Positions 27,745 to 37,307 of a DNA stretch of 64,000 nucleotides are shown piece after piece; position 1 is the first letter of the stretch, and every line of letters starts with the position of its first letter. A model generated the notes under the pieces. The model made no database searches and was not told the DNA's origin. It saw only the letters and a list, made by a program, of their open reading frames with translations. A program made the position numbers and the translations under genes. The stretch comes from an uncultured delta proteobacterium (lineage in GTDB: Bacteria; Myxococcota; Myxococcia; Myxococcales; Anaeromyxobacteraceae). The stretch is taken from positions 160,001 to 224,000 of the forward strand of contig CAWHDZ010000007.1 in NCBI GenBank assembly GCA_963828255.1, in the 5' to 3' direction.

Positions 27745-28405
27745 AGGAATAGGCGATCTCCACCTGCTGGGGGGAACCGTCCTCCGCGGCGACGTTGGAC
27801 ACGCCGACGTAGCGGACGAGGCGTCGCGTGGCCGGGTCGTACTCCCCCTCGAGCGACGGGGCGAGGAGCCGGAGGAAGAAGCTGGTGGGCTCGAACCGGA
27901 CGCGGACGCGCCCGCTCTCGAGCCGGTCGCCGCGGAGCCGGAAGCTGAAGGCGTCGAGCCGGCCGGGCAGGGCCAGGGACACCTCCAGGGTCTCCCCGCG
28001 CGCCAGGACGTCGAGGTTGGCACGGGCGTAGCGGTCGAGCCCCTGCCCGGCCACGAGCGGCACGCCGTCCGGGAGCGGCAGGATCCTGGTGCGGTCGCCG
28101 TCCTGGAGCCGGACTCCGTCGGGGGCGCTCTGGACCGCCTCGCGCGCGCCGGAGCGCAGGTCCTTGAACTCGTAGTCCGGGGCGAAGGAGCCCGGGGCGT
28201 AGGCCGAGGTGAGGCGCGCGATGGTGCGTCCGTCGGGGTGGTCGTAGCGGGTCTCGGCGGAGGTGACGGTTCCGCCGGAGATGAGGACCTCGTGGGTCTC
28301 GACGTAGGCCACGGCGCCGTCCCGGGAGCGTGCGATCCCCTGGAACCGCTCGACCACCGGGGAGGCCAGGACGAGGAGAGCGGCTGCGGCGGCGACGGTG
28401 GTCAT
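27722..28405 (-). CDS. Exported hypothetical protein
   Basis: Signal peptide; GQGLDRY and RYVGVSN motifs; operon position. Confidence 0.7.
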   Translation of the reverse strand: MTTVAAAAALLVLASPVVERFQGIARSRDGAVAYVETHEVLISGGTVTSAETRYDHPDGRTIARLTSAYAPGSFAPDYEFKDLRSGAREAVQSAPDGVRLQDGDRTRILPLPDGVPLVAGQGLDRYARANLDVLARGETLEVSLALPGRLDAFSFRLRGDRLESGRVRVRFEPTSFFLRLLAPSLEGEYDPATRRLVRYVGVSNVAAEDGSPQQVEIAYSYAEPDPS

Positions 28406-28406
28406 G

Positions 28407-29633
28407 TCAGGCCCTCCCGCGCGGCCGGGCCAGAAGCATCTGGGCGTCGCCCAGGTATCCCTCGGCGAAGCCGGCCTCGCAGTAGCAGAGGTAGAAGTGC
28501 CAGATCCGGCGGAAGCGCTCCACGGTGATCCGCGACACCTCATCGGCGTTGCGGGCCAGGTTCTCCCGCCAGGCGGCGAGCGTGGTGGCGTAGTGCGGGC
28601 CGATGTCGTCGAGCCGGCGCAGGGTCAGGTCGGAGGAACGGGTGGCGGCCTGGAGGAGCGCCGTGATGGAGGGGATGTTCGACCCCGGGAAGACGTAGCG
28701 CTTGATGAAGTCCACGCCCCGCACGTGCTGCTCGTAGCGGGCGTCGGCGATGGTGATGGTCTGGAGCGCCATGAGCCCGTCCTCCTCCAGGAGGGAGGCG
28801 CACTTCGAGAAGAAGGTCCCGTAGTAGTCGGCGCCCACCGCCTCGAGCATCTCCACCGAGACCAGCTTGTCGAAGCGGCCGGTGAGGTCGCGGTAGTCGG
28901 TGTGCAGGACGTTGACGCTGTCGGAGAGGCCGGCGTCGGCCACCCGCTTCCGCGCCCGGGCCAGCTGGTTCGCCGAGATGGTGGTGGTGGTGACCCGGCA
29001 GCCGTAGCGGCTGGCCGCGTGGATGGCGAAGGCGCCCCAGCCGGTGCCGATCTCGAGCAGGTGGTCCTCGGGGCCGAGCCGGAGCATGCGGCAGAGCCGG
29101 TCGATCTTGGCGATGCTCGCCTCCTCCAGGGAGGACTGGGGGCGCTCGAAGACCCCGCAGGAGTAGGTCATGGTCGGGTCGAGCATGAGCTGGAAGAAGT
29201 CGTCGCCCAGGTCATAGTGCTCGGCGATGTTGCGCCGGCTGCCGGTCCGGGTGTTGCGCCGCAGGGCGTGCAGGACCGCGTCCACCGGACGCCGCAGCGT
29301 GGCCATCCCGGCCTCCAGGCCGTCCATGGTGGCCACGTTGCGGGCGATGAGCCGCACCACCGCGGTGAGGTCGGGGGTGTCCCACTCGCCGGCGGCGTAG
29401 GACTCGGACGCCCCCAGGGTGCCGCCGGTGGCGACGCGGCGCCAGAAGCCCGGGTGGCGCACCACCACCTCGGCGCACAGGCCGTCGCGGGCCGGGCGTC
29501 CGAACGTGCTGCTGGCTCCCTCTTCACGCAGGGTGAGCTGTCCCTCGGCCAGGCCGGCGAGGCGGGGGAGCACGAGCCCCCGGAAGGAGAGGCCTGCGGG
29601 GGGCGCGGTTCCGGCCTGGGCCTGGGTCGTCAT
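28407..29633 (-). CDS. cfa: Cyclopropane-fatty-acyl-phospholipid synthase family methyltransferase
   Basis: NIAEHYDLG, MTYSC, LEIGTGWG, VSVEMLEAVG. Confidence 0.9.
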   Translation of the reverse strand: MTTQAQAGTAPPAGLSFRGLVLPRLAGLAEGQLTLREEGASSTFGRPARDGLCAEVVVRHPGFWRRVATGGTLGASESYAAGEWDTPDLTAVVRLIARNVATMDGLEAGMATLRRPVDAVLHALRRNTRTGSRRNIAEHYDLGDDFFQLMLDPTMTYSCGVFERPQSSLEEASIAKIDRLCRMLRLGPEDHLLEIGTGWGAFAIHAASRYGCRVTTTTISANQLARARKRVADAGLSDSVNVLHTDYRDLTGRFDKLVSVEMLEAVGADYYGTFFSKCASLLEEDGLMALQTITIADARYEQHVRGVDFIKRYVFPGSNIPSITALLQAATRSSDLTLRRLDDIGPHYATTLAAWRENLARNADEVSRITVERFRRIWHFYLCYCEAGFAEGYLGDAQMLLARPRGRA

Positions 29634-30370
29634 GGCGTGCTCCTGGGCGCGGCGGCGGACGGCCGCCTGGCGGGGTGGACGTGGAACGGGACACCCTTCA
29701 CCCAGAGGCGAAGGGCCTGCCAGTAGATGGCGGCGTGGACCTTCCAGGCCATGAACGGCTGGAGCAGCGCGGCCCGGCGCAGGGCGCCGGCGGAGAAGGG
29801 GTTCCGGCGCAGGGACAGGCGGGCCCGGAAGACCTCGGCGCCCTTCTCGAGGTTCACCATCTCCACCTCGAGCCGCTGTCCCGGGACCGGAAGACGCCAG
29901 TCGTAGGCCTGCTCCATCGGGTAGAAGGGCGAGACGTGGAAGGCCTTGTCGAACGTGGAGACCACGCCGTCCGGGCCGGCAGGCAGCACGTAGGCGTGGC
30001 GCTCGCCCCAGGGGGTGTTGGTGATCTCGGCCACCACGGCCCGCAGCCGCTCGCCGCCCTCGTCGAAGCAGTAGTAGAAGCTCACCGGGTTGAAGACGTA
30101 GCCCAGCGAGCGCACGTGGGTGAGGAGCCGCACCGGGCCGGCGGGCCGGAACCCCAGGGCGGCCTCGACCCGGTCGCGGACCTCGCCCGCCAGGTCGCGG
30201 GAGGGATCGCCCAGGTAGTCGGAGCGGCGGAAGGAGCGGAGCCCCAGCCCCGGAAGCTCGCCGAGGTCGAGGTAGAGCATGTACATGCGGTACGAGAAGG
30301 CGTGCGCGCGGGCGCCGCGCCGCGCGTGCGACACGACCCCGGAGTAGATGGCGCTCGCCCGGTCGCTCAC
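29630..30370 (-). CDS. DUF1365 protein
   Basis: GYVFNPVSFYYC, EITNTPWGERH, KAFHVSPF. Confidence 0.9.
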   Translation of the reverse strand: MSDRASAIYSGVVSHARRGARAHAFSYRMYMLYLDLGELPGLGLRSFRRSDYLGDPSRDLAGEVRDRVEAALGFRPAGPVRLLTHVRSLGYVFNPVSFYYCFDEGGERLRAVVAEITNTPWGERHAYVLPAGPDGVVSTFDKAFHVSPFYPMEQAYDWRLPVPGQRLEVEMVNLEKGAEVFRARLSLRRNPFSAGALRRAALLQPFMAWKVHAAIYWQALRLWVKGVPFHVHPARRPSAAAPRSTP

Positions 30371-31605
30371 AGGACCTCTCCGAGAGCCTTGCACACCGCG
30401 AGAGCGCTCACCACCCCATCCTCGTGGAACCCGTTGCGCCAGTATGCGCCGCAGTAGCTCGTGCTCCGGTGGCCGATGAGCTCGGGGTGCCGCCTCTGCG
30501 CGGCCACGCCGGGGGAGGAGAAGATGGGGTGCTCGTAGGTGACGTCGAGGAGCGTCCGGTCGTCGGCCACCGCCGCGTTCCGGTTCAGGGTCACGAAGTA
30601 GTCGCGCTTCGTGTCCGGGGACTGGAGCCGGTTCATCCAGTAGGTGACCGCCGCGCCGTCCCGTCCCTCGTCGTCGAGCTGGTAGTTCCAGGAGGCCCAG
30701 GCCTTCCTGCGACGCGGCATCACCCGCTCGTCGGTGTGGAGCCGCACGGCGTTGGCCCGGTAGGGGAAGTGGCCGAGCAGCCCGGTCTCGACCGGGGAGG
30801 GGTCGGAGAGCATGCGCAGCGCCTGGTCGGCGTGGACGGCGAGGACGACGTGGTCGAACCGCTCGGCCTCCTGGCCGGCGCCCTTCACCACGACCCCGTC
30901 GCCCCGGGTGATGCGCTCGACGGGCGAGCTCGTGCGGACCTCGCCGGAGAAGCCGTCCAGGATGGCGCGCACGTACTCCCGCGATCCGCCCCGGATGGTG
31001 AGCCAGGGGAACTCCCGCTTCACCTCCAGGAAGCCGTGGTTCTCGAAGAAGCGGGCCAGGAAGCGGGCCGGGAACTCCCGCACCCCCTGCGCGGACGACG
31101 ACCAGACCGAGCCCACCAGCGGGAGCAGGTGATCCTCGGTGAAGCCGCGGGAGTAACCGCGGGCCGTGAGCCATTCGAGGAGGGGGACCTCCGAGCCCTC
31201 GTCGAGCAGCCCCTTCGCCTCCCGGTAGAAGCGGGGGATGTCGTAGAGCATCCGGAGGAAGCGCGGGTCGAGCAGGTTCCGCTTCTGGGCGAGGAGGGCG
31301 CCGAGCGCCGGGGCCCCGTACTCGAAGTCCCGCCGGTCGCTGCGCACCGAGAAGCTCATGTCGCTCTCCTTCCAGGAGACGCCGAGCTCACGGAGCAGCG
31401 CGAGGAAGTTCGGGTAGGTGCGCTCGTTGAAGACGATGAACCCGGTGTCCACCGGGACGGTGCGCCCGTCCTCGGCCACGTCGAAGGTGTGGGTGTGGCC
31501 GCCAACGCGGGCATCGGCCTCGAACAGGACCACGTCGTGCCGGCGCCCGAGCAGGTGCGCCGAGACGAGTCCGGAGATGCCGGAGCCGACGACCGCGATC
31601 TTCAC
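30367..31605 (-). CDS. FAD-dependent oxidoreductase (amine oxidase-like)
   Basis: VVGSGISGL, VDTGFIVFN..TYPN, GFHEDG. Confidence 0.9.
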   Translation of the reverse strand: MKIAVVGSGISGLVSAHLLGRRHDVVLFEADARVGGHTHTFDVAEDGRTVPVDTGFIVFNERTYPNFLALLRELGVSWKESDMSFSVRSDRRDFEYGAPALGALLAQKRNLLDPRFLRMLYDIPRFYREAKGLLDEGSEVPLLEWLTARGYSRGFTEDHLLPLVGSVWSSSAQGVREFPARFLARFFENHGFLEVKREFPWLTIRGGSREYVRAILDGFSGEVRTSSPVERITRGDGVVVKGAGQEAERFDHVVLAVHADQALRMLSDPSPVETGLLGHFPYRANAVRLHTDERVMPRRRKAWASWNYQLDDEGRDGAAVTYWMNRLQSPDTKRDYFVTLNRNAAVADDRTLLDVTYEHPIFSSPGVAAQRRHPELIGHRSTSYCGAYWRNGFHEDGVVSALAVCKALGEVL

Positions 31606-32642
31606 CGGGCTCCTCCCGCCTTGACCAGCCGGTAGTGGGAGACCTGCCACTCGCGCCCCTCGTCGAAGCCGAAGAGCTCGGCGCAGGCCAGGAAGAACAT
31701 GGCCCAGCGGCGCACCTGCACGCGCGCCTCGGCCGGCGGCAGCGGGCCGGTGAGGGAGGCCACGGCCGCGTCCCCGTTGGCGACGAGGTTGGCGTGCCAG
31801 GCCTCGGAGGTGCGCGCGTAGTGCGTCCCGGGCACCACCCAGTCCTCCTCGAGGGTGAGCGGAGCGGCGACGCGGGGCAGCAGGTCGTGGGATGGCATCA
31901 TCCCCCCGGTGAAGAAGTGGCGACCCATCCAGTCGTCGTCGGCGTCGGTCTCGAAGAGGTAGGCGAAGCGGGCGCTCGAGAAGACGTGGATGAAGAGCTT
32001 GCCCCCGGGGACGAGCCAGCCGGAGATGCGCCGGAAGAGCTCCGGCCAGTTGCGCATGTGCTCGAACATCTCCACCGACACCACGCGGTCGAAGGTTCCG
32101 GGGGCCTCGAAGCGGTTCATGTCGCAGGTGACGATCTCGACGTTGGAGAGGCCGCGGCGCCGGGCCTCTCCGAGGATGAAGTCCCGCTGGCTCGCCGAGT
32201 TGGAGACGCCGACGACCTTCGAGGCCGGGAAGTGCTCGGCCGCCCAGAGGGAGAAGCTTCCCCACCCACAGCCCAGCTCCAGGATGCGGTGGCCGTTCTC
32301 GATGCCGGCCCTCTCTGCGGTGAGGCGCAGCATGGCCTCCTCGGAGGCGTCGAGGGTGGAGACGCCCTCGGGCCAGAGCCCGCCCGAGTACTTCATCCTG
32401 GAGCCGAGCGAGGTCCGGAAGAAGGCGGCAGGAACCTCGTAGTGCTGCCGGTTCGCCAGCGCCGGCACCGGGGCGACCTCGGAGCCCTCCATCGAGGCGA
32501 TGAAGCGGGCCAGGGCGGCCTCGCGGTCGGCGTGGCGCTTCTCCTCGTCCCGGATGCGGTTCCGGAGCAGCCGGCGGATGCCGAGGCGCACGACCGGGGT
32601 GGGGACGAAACCTCTCTCGGCCAGCTCGATTCCAAGGCTCAT
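31602..32642 (-). CDS. Cfa-like SAM-dependent methyltransferase
   Basis: ANRQHYEVP, ELGCGWGS, VSVEMFEHMRN. Confidence 0.85.
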   Translation of the reverse strand: MSLGIELAERGFVPTPVVRLGIRRLLRNRIRDEEKRHADREAALARFIASMEGSEVAPVPALANRQHYEVPAAFFRTSLGSRMKYSGGLWPEGVSTLDASEEAMLRLTAERAGIENGHRILELGCGWGSFSLWAAEHFPASKVVGVSNSASQRDFILGEARRRGLSNVEIVTCDMNRFEAPGTFDRVVSVEMFEHMRNWPELFRRISGWLVPGGKLFIHVFSSARFAYLFETDADDDWMGRHFFTGGMMPSHDLLPRVAAPLTLEEDWVVPGTHYARTSEAWHANLVANGDAAVASLTGPLPPAEARVQVRRWAMFFLACAELFGFDEGREWQVSHYRLVKAGGAR

Positions 32643-32648
32643 GGACGT

Positions 32649-32718
32649 ACTATAATCGTCTAAATCGCCCTCGCAACAGGAAATAACGTTGAGATTACGT
32701 GGAGCGATAAGTTAGAAT
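32649..32718. promoter_or_regulatory. Divergent promoters (minus TTGCGA-N16-TATAGT; plus TTGAGA-N18-TAGAAT) with 11-bp direct repeats at 32683-32704
   Basis: AT-rich intergenic region; both -10 boxes lie 6-8 nt from their start codons. Confidence 0.6.
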
Positions 32719-32726
32719 AAGCCGAA

Positions 32727-33524
32727 ATGGACGAATTGCTCTCCACCGTCGACGTCGGGCGCCTCGCCGGGGTAGGCCCGACCGCCGTGAAGCGCTGGGC
32801 CGACCTGGGCATGCTGCCCTGCGTGAAGACCGCTGGCGGCCACCGCCGGTTCGAGCGCCGTACGGTCCAGAGGTTCCTCGACTCGATCCGCGGCCCGACC
32901 TCCTCCAGCTTCCTCGACCTCCTCCTGCACAGCGACGGCCTGGGCGTCGAGGCCCGCCTCCTCACCGAGCGGTCGCGCATCGGCTCCTGGATGGAGGTCG
33001 CCGAGATGCTCGGAGGCGTGCTCGCGGAGATGGGGGAGCGCTGGCGGGCGGGGACGGTCACCATCCTCCAGGAGCACCTCGCCTCGGAGCGGCTGGCGCG
33101 GGCGCTGGCGCGGGTCTCCGACGCCCTTCCCGTGCAGCCCCGGGCGCCGCGCTGCGTGCTGGCCTGCGCCGAGGGGGACCGGCACGCGCTGGGCCTCTCG
33201 CTCGTGGAGGTCGCGCTGCGGGAGGCGGGCTGGACGACGCTCTGGGCCGGGCAGGACACGCCCGTGCTCTCCCTGGCCGAGCTGGCGCGGGCCCGGGGGG
33301 CCGAGATGATCGCGGTCTCGGCGTCGTCGTCCACGTCCGGCGCCGAGGGGCTGCGCAGCCAGGCCCGGATCCTGGGCGAGGCCTGCGCGGCGTCGGGGGT
33401 CGCGCTCTGCCTGGGAGGAAGCGGTCCCTGGCCCGACCCGCCGCCGCACGGGCAGCGTTTCCGGACCATCGCCCCGTTCGTCGCACGGGCGCGGGAGCTG
33501 GCCGGGGGGGCCGGAGGAACCTAG
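32727..33524 (+). CDS. MerR-type HTH / B12-binding regulator (CarH/LitR-like)
   Basis: KRWAD..KTAGGHRRF HTH; Wx9EH (WRAGTVTILQEH); DRHALG cobalamin motif. Confidence 0.8.
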   Translation: MDELLSTVDVGRLAGVGPTAVKRWADLGMLPCVKTAGGHRRFERRTVQRFLDSIRGPTSSSFLDLLLHSDGLGVEARLLTERSRIGSWMEVAEMLGGVLAEMGERWRAGTVTILQEHLASERLARALARVSDALPVQPRAPRCVLACAEGDRHALGLSLVEVALREAGWTTLWAGQDTPVLSLAELARARGAEMIAVSASSSTSGAEGLRSQARILGEACAASGVALCLGGSGPWPDPPPHGQRFRTIAPFVARARELAGGAGGT

Positions 33525-34396
33525 CCCGCCCGCGACTCGGCGGAAGGCACGACCCCGGCTGCGCGGATGCGCTGCGCCGCGAGGTCGAGGTACTCCTCGT
33601 TCATCTCCACGCCCAGGAAGCGCCGGCCGGCCATCACCGCGGCCACGCCGGTGGTCCCGGAGCCGGTGAACGGGTCGAGCACCAGGTCACCCTCGGTGGA
33701 GCTGGCGGCGATGACCCGCTCGAGCAGCGCCAGCGGCTTCTGGGTGGGGTGGCGTCCGTGGAGCTTCTCGCGCGGCCCCGGCGTGGGGAGCGGCCAGACC
33801 ACCTGCGAGCCGCCCGGCTCGGGGCGCTCGGCCACCTCCCAGAGGTCGCGCATCTGCTTGCCTCCGTTCCGCTGCTTCATGTCCCGGTAGTTGAAGCGGT
33901 GGGCGAGCGGCTTCGACTTCATGGGCGCCGCCCAGAGCAGGATCTCGGTGGAGTGGGTGAACATGCGGCAGGCCAGGTTGGGCGCCGCGTTGGGCTTGAA
34001 CCAGGTGACCGTGTTGAGCAGGTGGAATCCCAGCTCCTGCATGGCGTAGCCGACCGAGAAGATGACGTGCTGCGTGCCCGAGACCCAGATGGTTCCGGAG
34101 GGCTTGAGGACGCGGCGGCAGGCCTGCAGCCAGTTGCGCTGGAAGGCGTGGTCGGCCTCCACCCCGCGCGACTGGTCCCACTCCCCCTTGTCCACCCGGA
34201 CGCGCCGGCCGGCCTGGCAGGTGGTGCCGCCGTTCGACAGGTGGTAGGGAGGGTCCGCGAAGATCAGGTCAACCGACCGGGGCGGGAGCTTCTCCAGGAC
34301 CTCGATGCTGTTCCCGAGGACCATCGCCCAGCCCGGGCCACGTTCCTCGGTGCCCGGGAGGTCGTCCCAGTCGTGCAGTTCGAGTCGTCGCGCCAT
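33521..34396 (-). CDS. DNA N6-adenine/N4-cytosine methyltransferase (beta class)
   Basis: DPPY before HPTQKP and DPFTGSGTT. Confidence 0.9.
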   Translation of the reverse strand: MARRLELHDWDDLPGTEERGPGWAMVLGNSIEVLEKLPPRSVDLIFADPPYHLSNGGTTCQAGRRVRVDKGEWDQSRGVEADHAFQRNWLQACRRVLKPSGTIWVSGTQHVIFSVGYAMQELGFHLLNTVTWFKPNAAPNLACRMFTHSTEILLWAAPMKSKPLAHRFNYRDMKQRNGGKQMRDLWEVAERPEPGGSQVVWPLPTPGPREKLHGRHPTQKPLALLERVIAASSTEGDLVLDPFTGSGTTGVAAVMAGRRFLGVEMNEEYLDLAAQRIRAAGVVPSAESRAG

Positions 34397-34460
34397 TGCC
34401 ACGCATGGTATGGGCGATATCGATCCTGTCCATTTTTCGATCCACCGGGAGTCATCCGAG

Positions 34461-35378
34461 ATGTCCGAAGAGAGACGCAGCCCCCCGGGCCCCTTCGAGG
34501 GGCTCATCCGCCCCTGGTTCTTCCCGTCCTTCGGGCTGACCATCGTGGTCGGGGTGGGGGTCTTCTGGATGACCGGGATGCTCACCGAGTCGGCGGTGGG
34601 CGCCATCGTGGCCGTCCTCGTCCCGTTCGTCCTCGGGCTCATGGTGCTCCGGCCGGCCTTCTCGGCGAGGTTCGACCCGGTCACCCGGACGCTGCTCGGC
34701 GTCGCCGGGGTCCTCTCCTTCCTCGTCGCGGCCGTGCCCGCCTACGAGGCGGTCCACCCCGGCGAGCCCCACGCGGTGGCCGAGCTGACCCGCGCCGGCG
34801 ACGTGCAGTCCGTCCCCCCTGGCTCGGACGGGAGGGTCCTGCTCCTCGTCTCCACCCGCCTCGGGGGCGCCGCCGAGCCGGTGGTGGAGTTCCGGCTGGG
34901 TGGATTCGAGGAGCCGGTGACGGGAGAGCTTCGCCGCACCACCGGGTTCGCGCGGGTCGGCCGCGGCGGCAGCACCAAGGTCACCCACGACCACGACTCC
35001 GACTGGTTCGAGGCGACGCTCCCGGCCTCGACGAAGGAGATCCGGCTCGAGCGCGTGCAGGGGCTCTCCACCGCGCCCTTGCGGGTGGAGCTGTACCGGA
35101 ACTGGCTCCCGCACGGGCTGGCCTGGATCCTGTCGCTGGTCGCGCTGGCGCTCGCCGCCGCCGGCGAGGTCCGCTGCCGCCGCGACTCCGGGGCCACCAT
35201 CGCCGCCGGCGTCGCGCTCGGGTTCGGCATGGTGGTGAGCTACAACGTCACGCCCGGCCGGGCCGTCGTCCCGGCCCTCTGGGCCATCGTCCTCGGCGCC
35301 ATCGTGGGCGCCCCGGCGGCCGTGCTGTTCCGCATGGCCCTCCGGCGCATCCTCCCCCCGGGCCCCACCCGCGGGTAG
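34461..35378 (+). CDS. Hypothetical membrane protein
   Basis: TM clusters flanking a soluble domain; codon bias. Confidence 0.65.
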   Translation: MSEERRSPPGPFEGLIRPWFFPSFGLTIVVGVGVFWMTGMLTESAVGAIVAVLVPFVLGLMVLRPAFSARFDPVTRTLLGVAGVLSFLVAAVPAYEAVHPGEPHAVAELTRAGDVQSVPPGSDGRVLLLVSTRLGGAAEPVVEFRLGGFEEPVTGELRRTTGFARVGRGGSTKVTHDHDSDWFEATLPASTKEIRLERVQGLSTAPLRVELYRNWLPHGLAWILSLVALALAAAGEVRCRRDSGATIAAGVALGFGMVVSYNVTPGRAVVPALWAIVLGAIVGAPAAVLFRMALRRILPPGPTRG

Positions 35379-35415
35379 CGGAGCCGCCACGAAGGGCGCC
35401 CTCGACAGCGCGTTC

Positions 35416-36417
35416 GTGAAGCAGGCGGCCCTCGCCGCCGGCTTCCACCTGGCAGGGGTGGCACGGGCCGGTCCGCTCGATCCGGGTCCGCTCGACCGGG
35501 TGCTCTCCCTCGGCGCCGAGGCCGACATGGCCTGGCTGCGCACCCAGCGGGACGTCCGGCTCGACCCGCGCCTGCTCCTGCCCGGCTGCCGGAGCGTGGT
35601 GGCGCTCGCCGTGGCCCACGATGGTGAGGCCCCGGCGGCGGAGCCCGGAGGCGCGGCGGTGGCCCGGTACGCCCGCGGGCGCGACTACCACACCGTCATC
35701 AAGAAGAAGCTCAAGGTCCTGGTCGCGGCGATCCACGGCCGCGACCCTGAGGCCCGCGCGCTCCCCTCGGTGGACGTCGGGCCGGTCATGGAGAAGGTCT
35801 GGGCGGAGCGGGCCGGGCTGGGGTGGATCGGCAAGAACGGCTGCCTCATCACCACCGGGCTGGGCAGCTGGGTGCTGCTCGCGGTGGTCCTCCTCGACCG
35901 GGACCTCGAGCCGGACGAGCCGCACCCGGAGCGCTGCGGCGACTGCGACGCCTGCATCCCCGCCTGCCCGACCGGCGCCATTCCGGAGCCGGGGCTGGTG
36001 GACGCGCGGCTCTGCATCTCCTTCCAGACCATCGAGCGGCGCGGGGCGGTGCCGGAGGCGGTTGCCGGTCGGATGGGGCGGTGGGGCTTCGGCTGCGACG
36101 ACTGCCAGACCGCCTGCCCGTGGAACCGGGGGAAGGGGTCCACGAGCGACCCCGAGCTTCGCCCGGTGCGCCACCCCTCGCTCGACCTGGGGGAACTGGT
36201 CCGGCTCACCCCCGACGCGTTCCGCGCCCGCTTTCACGGGACGGCGCTGGCCCGCGCCGGGCACCCCGGGCTGGTCCGGAACGGCGCGCTCGTCGCCGGA
36301 GGCTCGGGGGAGGCGTCGCTCGCGCCCGAGCTGCGCCGGCTCGCCGGGAGCGGGCTGCCGGGCGTCGCCGAGGCGGCCCGGTGGGCGCTCGACCGGCTGG
36401 GGGGCCCCGTCCGTTGA
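35416..36417 (+). CDS. queG: Epoxyqueuosine reductase
   Basis: YARGRDYH, GWIGKNG, CGDCDACIPACPT, GCDDCQTACPWN. Confidence 0.9.
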   Translation: MKQAALAAGFHLAGVARAGPLDPGPLDRVLSLGAEADMAWLRTQRDVRLDPRLLLPGCRSVVALAVAHDGEAPAAEPGGAAVARYARGRDYHTVIKKKLKVLVAAIHGRDPEARALPSVDVGPVMEKVWAERAGLGWIGKNGCLITTGLGSWVLLAVVLLDRDLEPDEPHPERCGDCDACIPACPTGAIPEPGLVDARLCISFQTIERRGAVPEAVAGRMGRWGFGCDDCQTACPWNRGKGSTSDPELRPVRHPSLDLGELVRLTPDAFRARFHGTALARAGHPGLVRNGALVAGGSGEASLAPELRRLAGSGLPGVAEAARWALDRLGGPVR

Positions 36418-37307
36418 TCGACCTCGTCATGCTGCTCCACTCGGCCCTGTCGGCCGGGACCTACCTGGCGGCCAAGCGGGCGCTCGGCGAGCTCTCGCCC
36501 TTCGAGCTGGGGCTGGCCCGCTTCAGCATGGCCGCCCTGGTCTACGCCGGGCTCCTGCGGCTGCGGCCGCGGAAGGTGACGCGGCGTGACCTTCTCTCCC
36601 TGTGCGTGCTCGGCTTCGTCGCCATCCCGCTCAACCAGGGGCTCTTCCTCTTCGGGCTCTCCCTCACCACCCCCGGGCACGCGGCGCTCCTCTACGCCAT
36701 GACCCCCATCTTCGTCTTCGTGCTGGCGCTCCTGCGGCGCGAGGAGCGGTCGAGCCCCTCCAAGTCCGTGGGCATCGTGCTGGCCTTCTCCGGCGCTGCG
36801 GTGGTGCTGGTGGCGCGCGGCCAGCTCTCCGGCCAGGCCGGGGGGGACCGCGCGCTCATCGGGGACCTGCTCATCCTCCTCGCCGTGATCTCCTGGGCGG
36901 TCTACGCGGTCTGGGGGAAGCCCTACGCGGAGCGCTACGGCGTCATCACCACCACGGGGATCACCATCGTCGCGGGCAGCCTGCTCTACCTTCCGTTCGG
37001 GCTCGCCCTGTCCAGCACGGCGAGCTTCCTCGCGCTCTCGCCGGCGGGTTGGGGGAGCGTGGCCTACCTGGTGGTGCTCACCAGCGTGGTCTCCTACCTC
37101 CTCTACTACTGGGCGCTGGCCCGCGAGGACGCGAGCCGGGTCGCCATCTGGTCCAACACCCAGCCGGTGCTGACGGCGCTGCTCGCCTGGGCCGTGTACG
37201 GCGACCCGCTCACTCCCTCCTTCGTGGCCGGAGGGGTGCTGGTCATCGTCGGGGTGCTCTTGACCCAGCAGCGCCCGCGTCGGCGGGCGCATAGGATTCG
37301 AGGATGA
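36414..37307 (+). CDS. DMT/EamA transporter
   Basis: ~10 TM helices in two EamA repeats; TTG start overlapping the queG stop. Confidence 0.85.
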   Translation: MIDLVMLLHSALSAGTYLAAKRALGELSPFELGLARFSMAALVYAGLLRLRPRKVTRRDLLSLCVLGFVAIPLNQGLFLFGLSLTTPGHAALLYAMTPIFVFVLALLRREERSSPSKSVGIVLAFSGAAVVLVARGQLSGQAGGDRALIGDLLILLAVISWAVYAVWGKPYAERYGVITTTGITIVAGSLLYLPFGLALSSTASFLALSPAGWGSVAYLVVLTSVVSYLLYYWALAREDASRVAIWSNTQPVLTALLAWAVYGDPLTPSFVAGGVLVIVGVLLTQQRPRRRAHRIRG

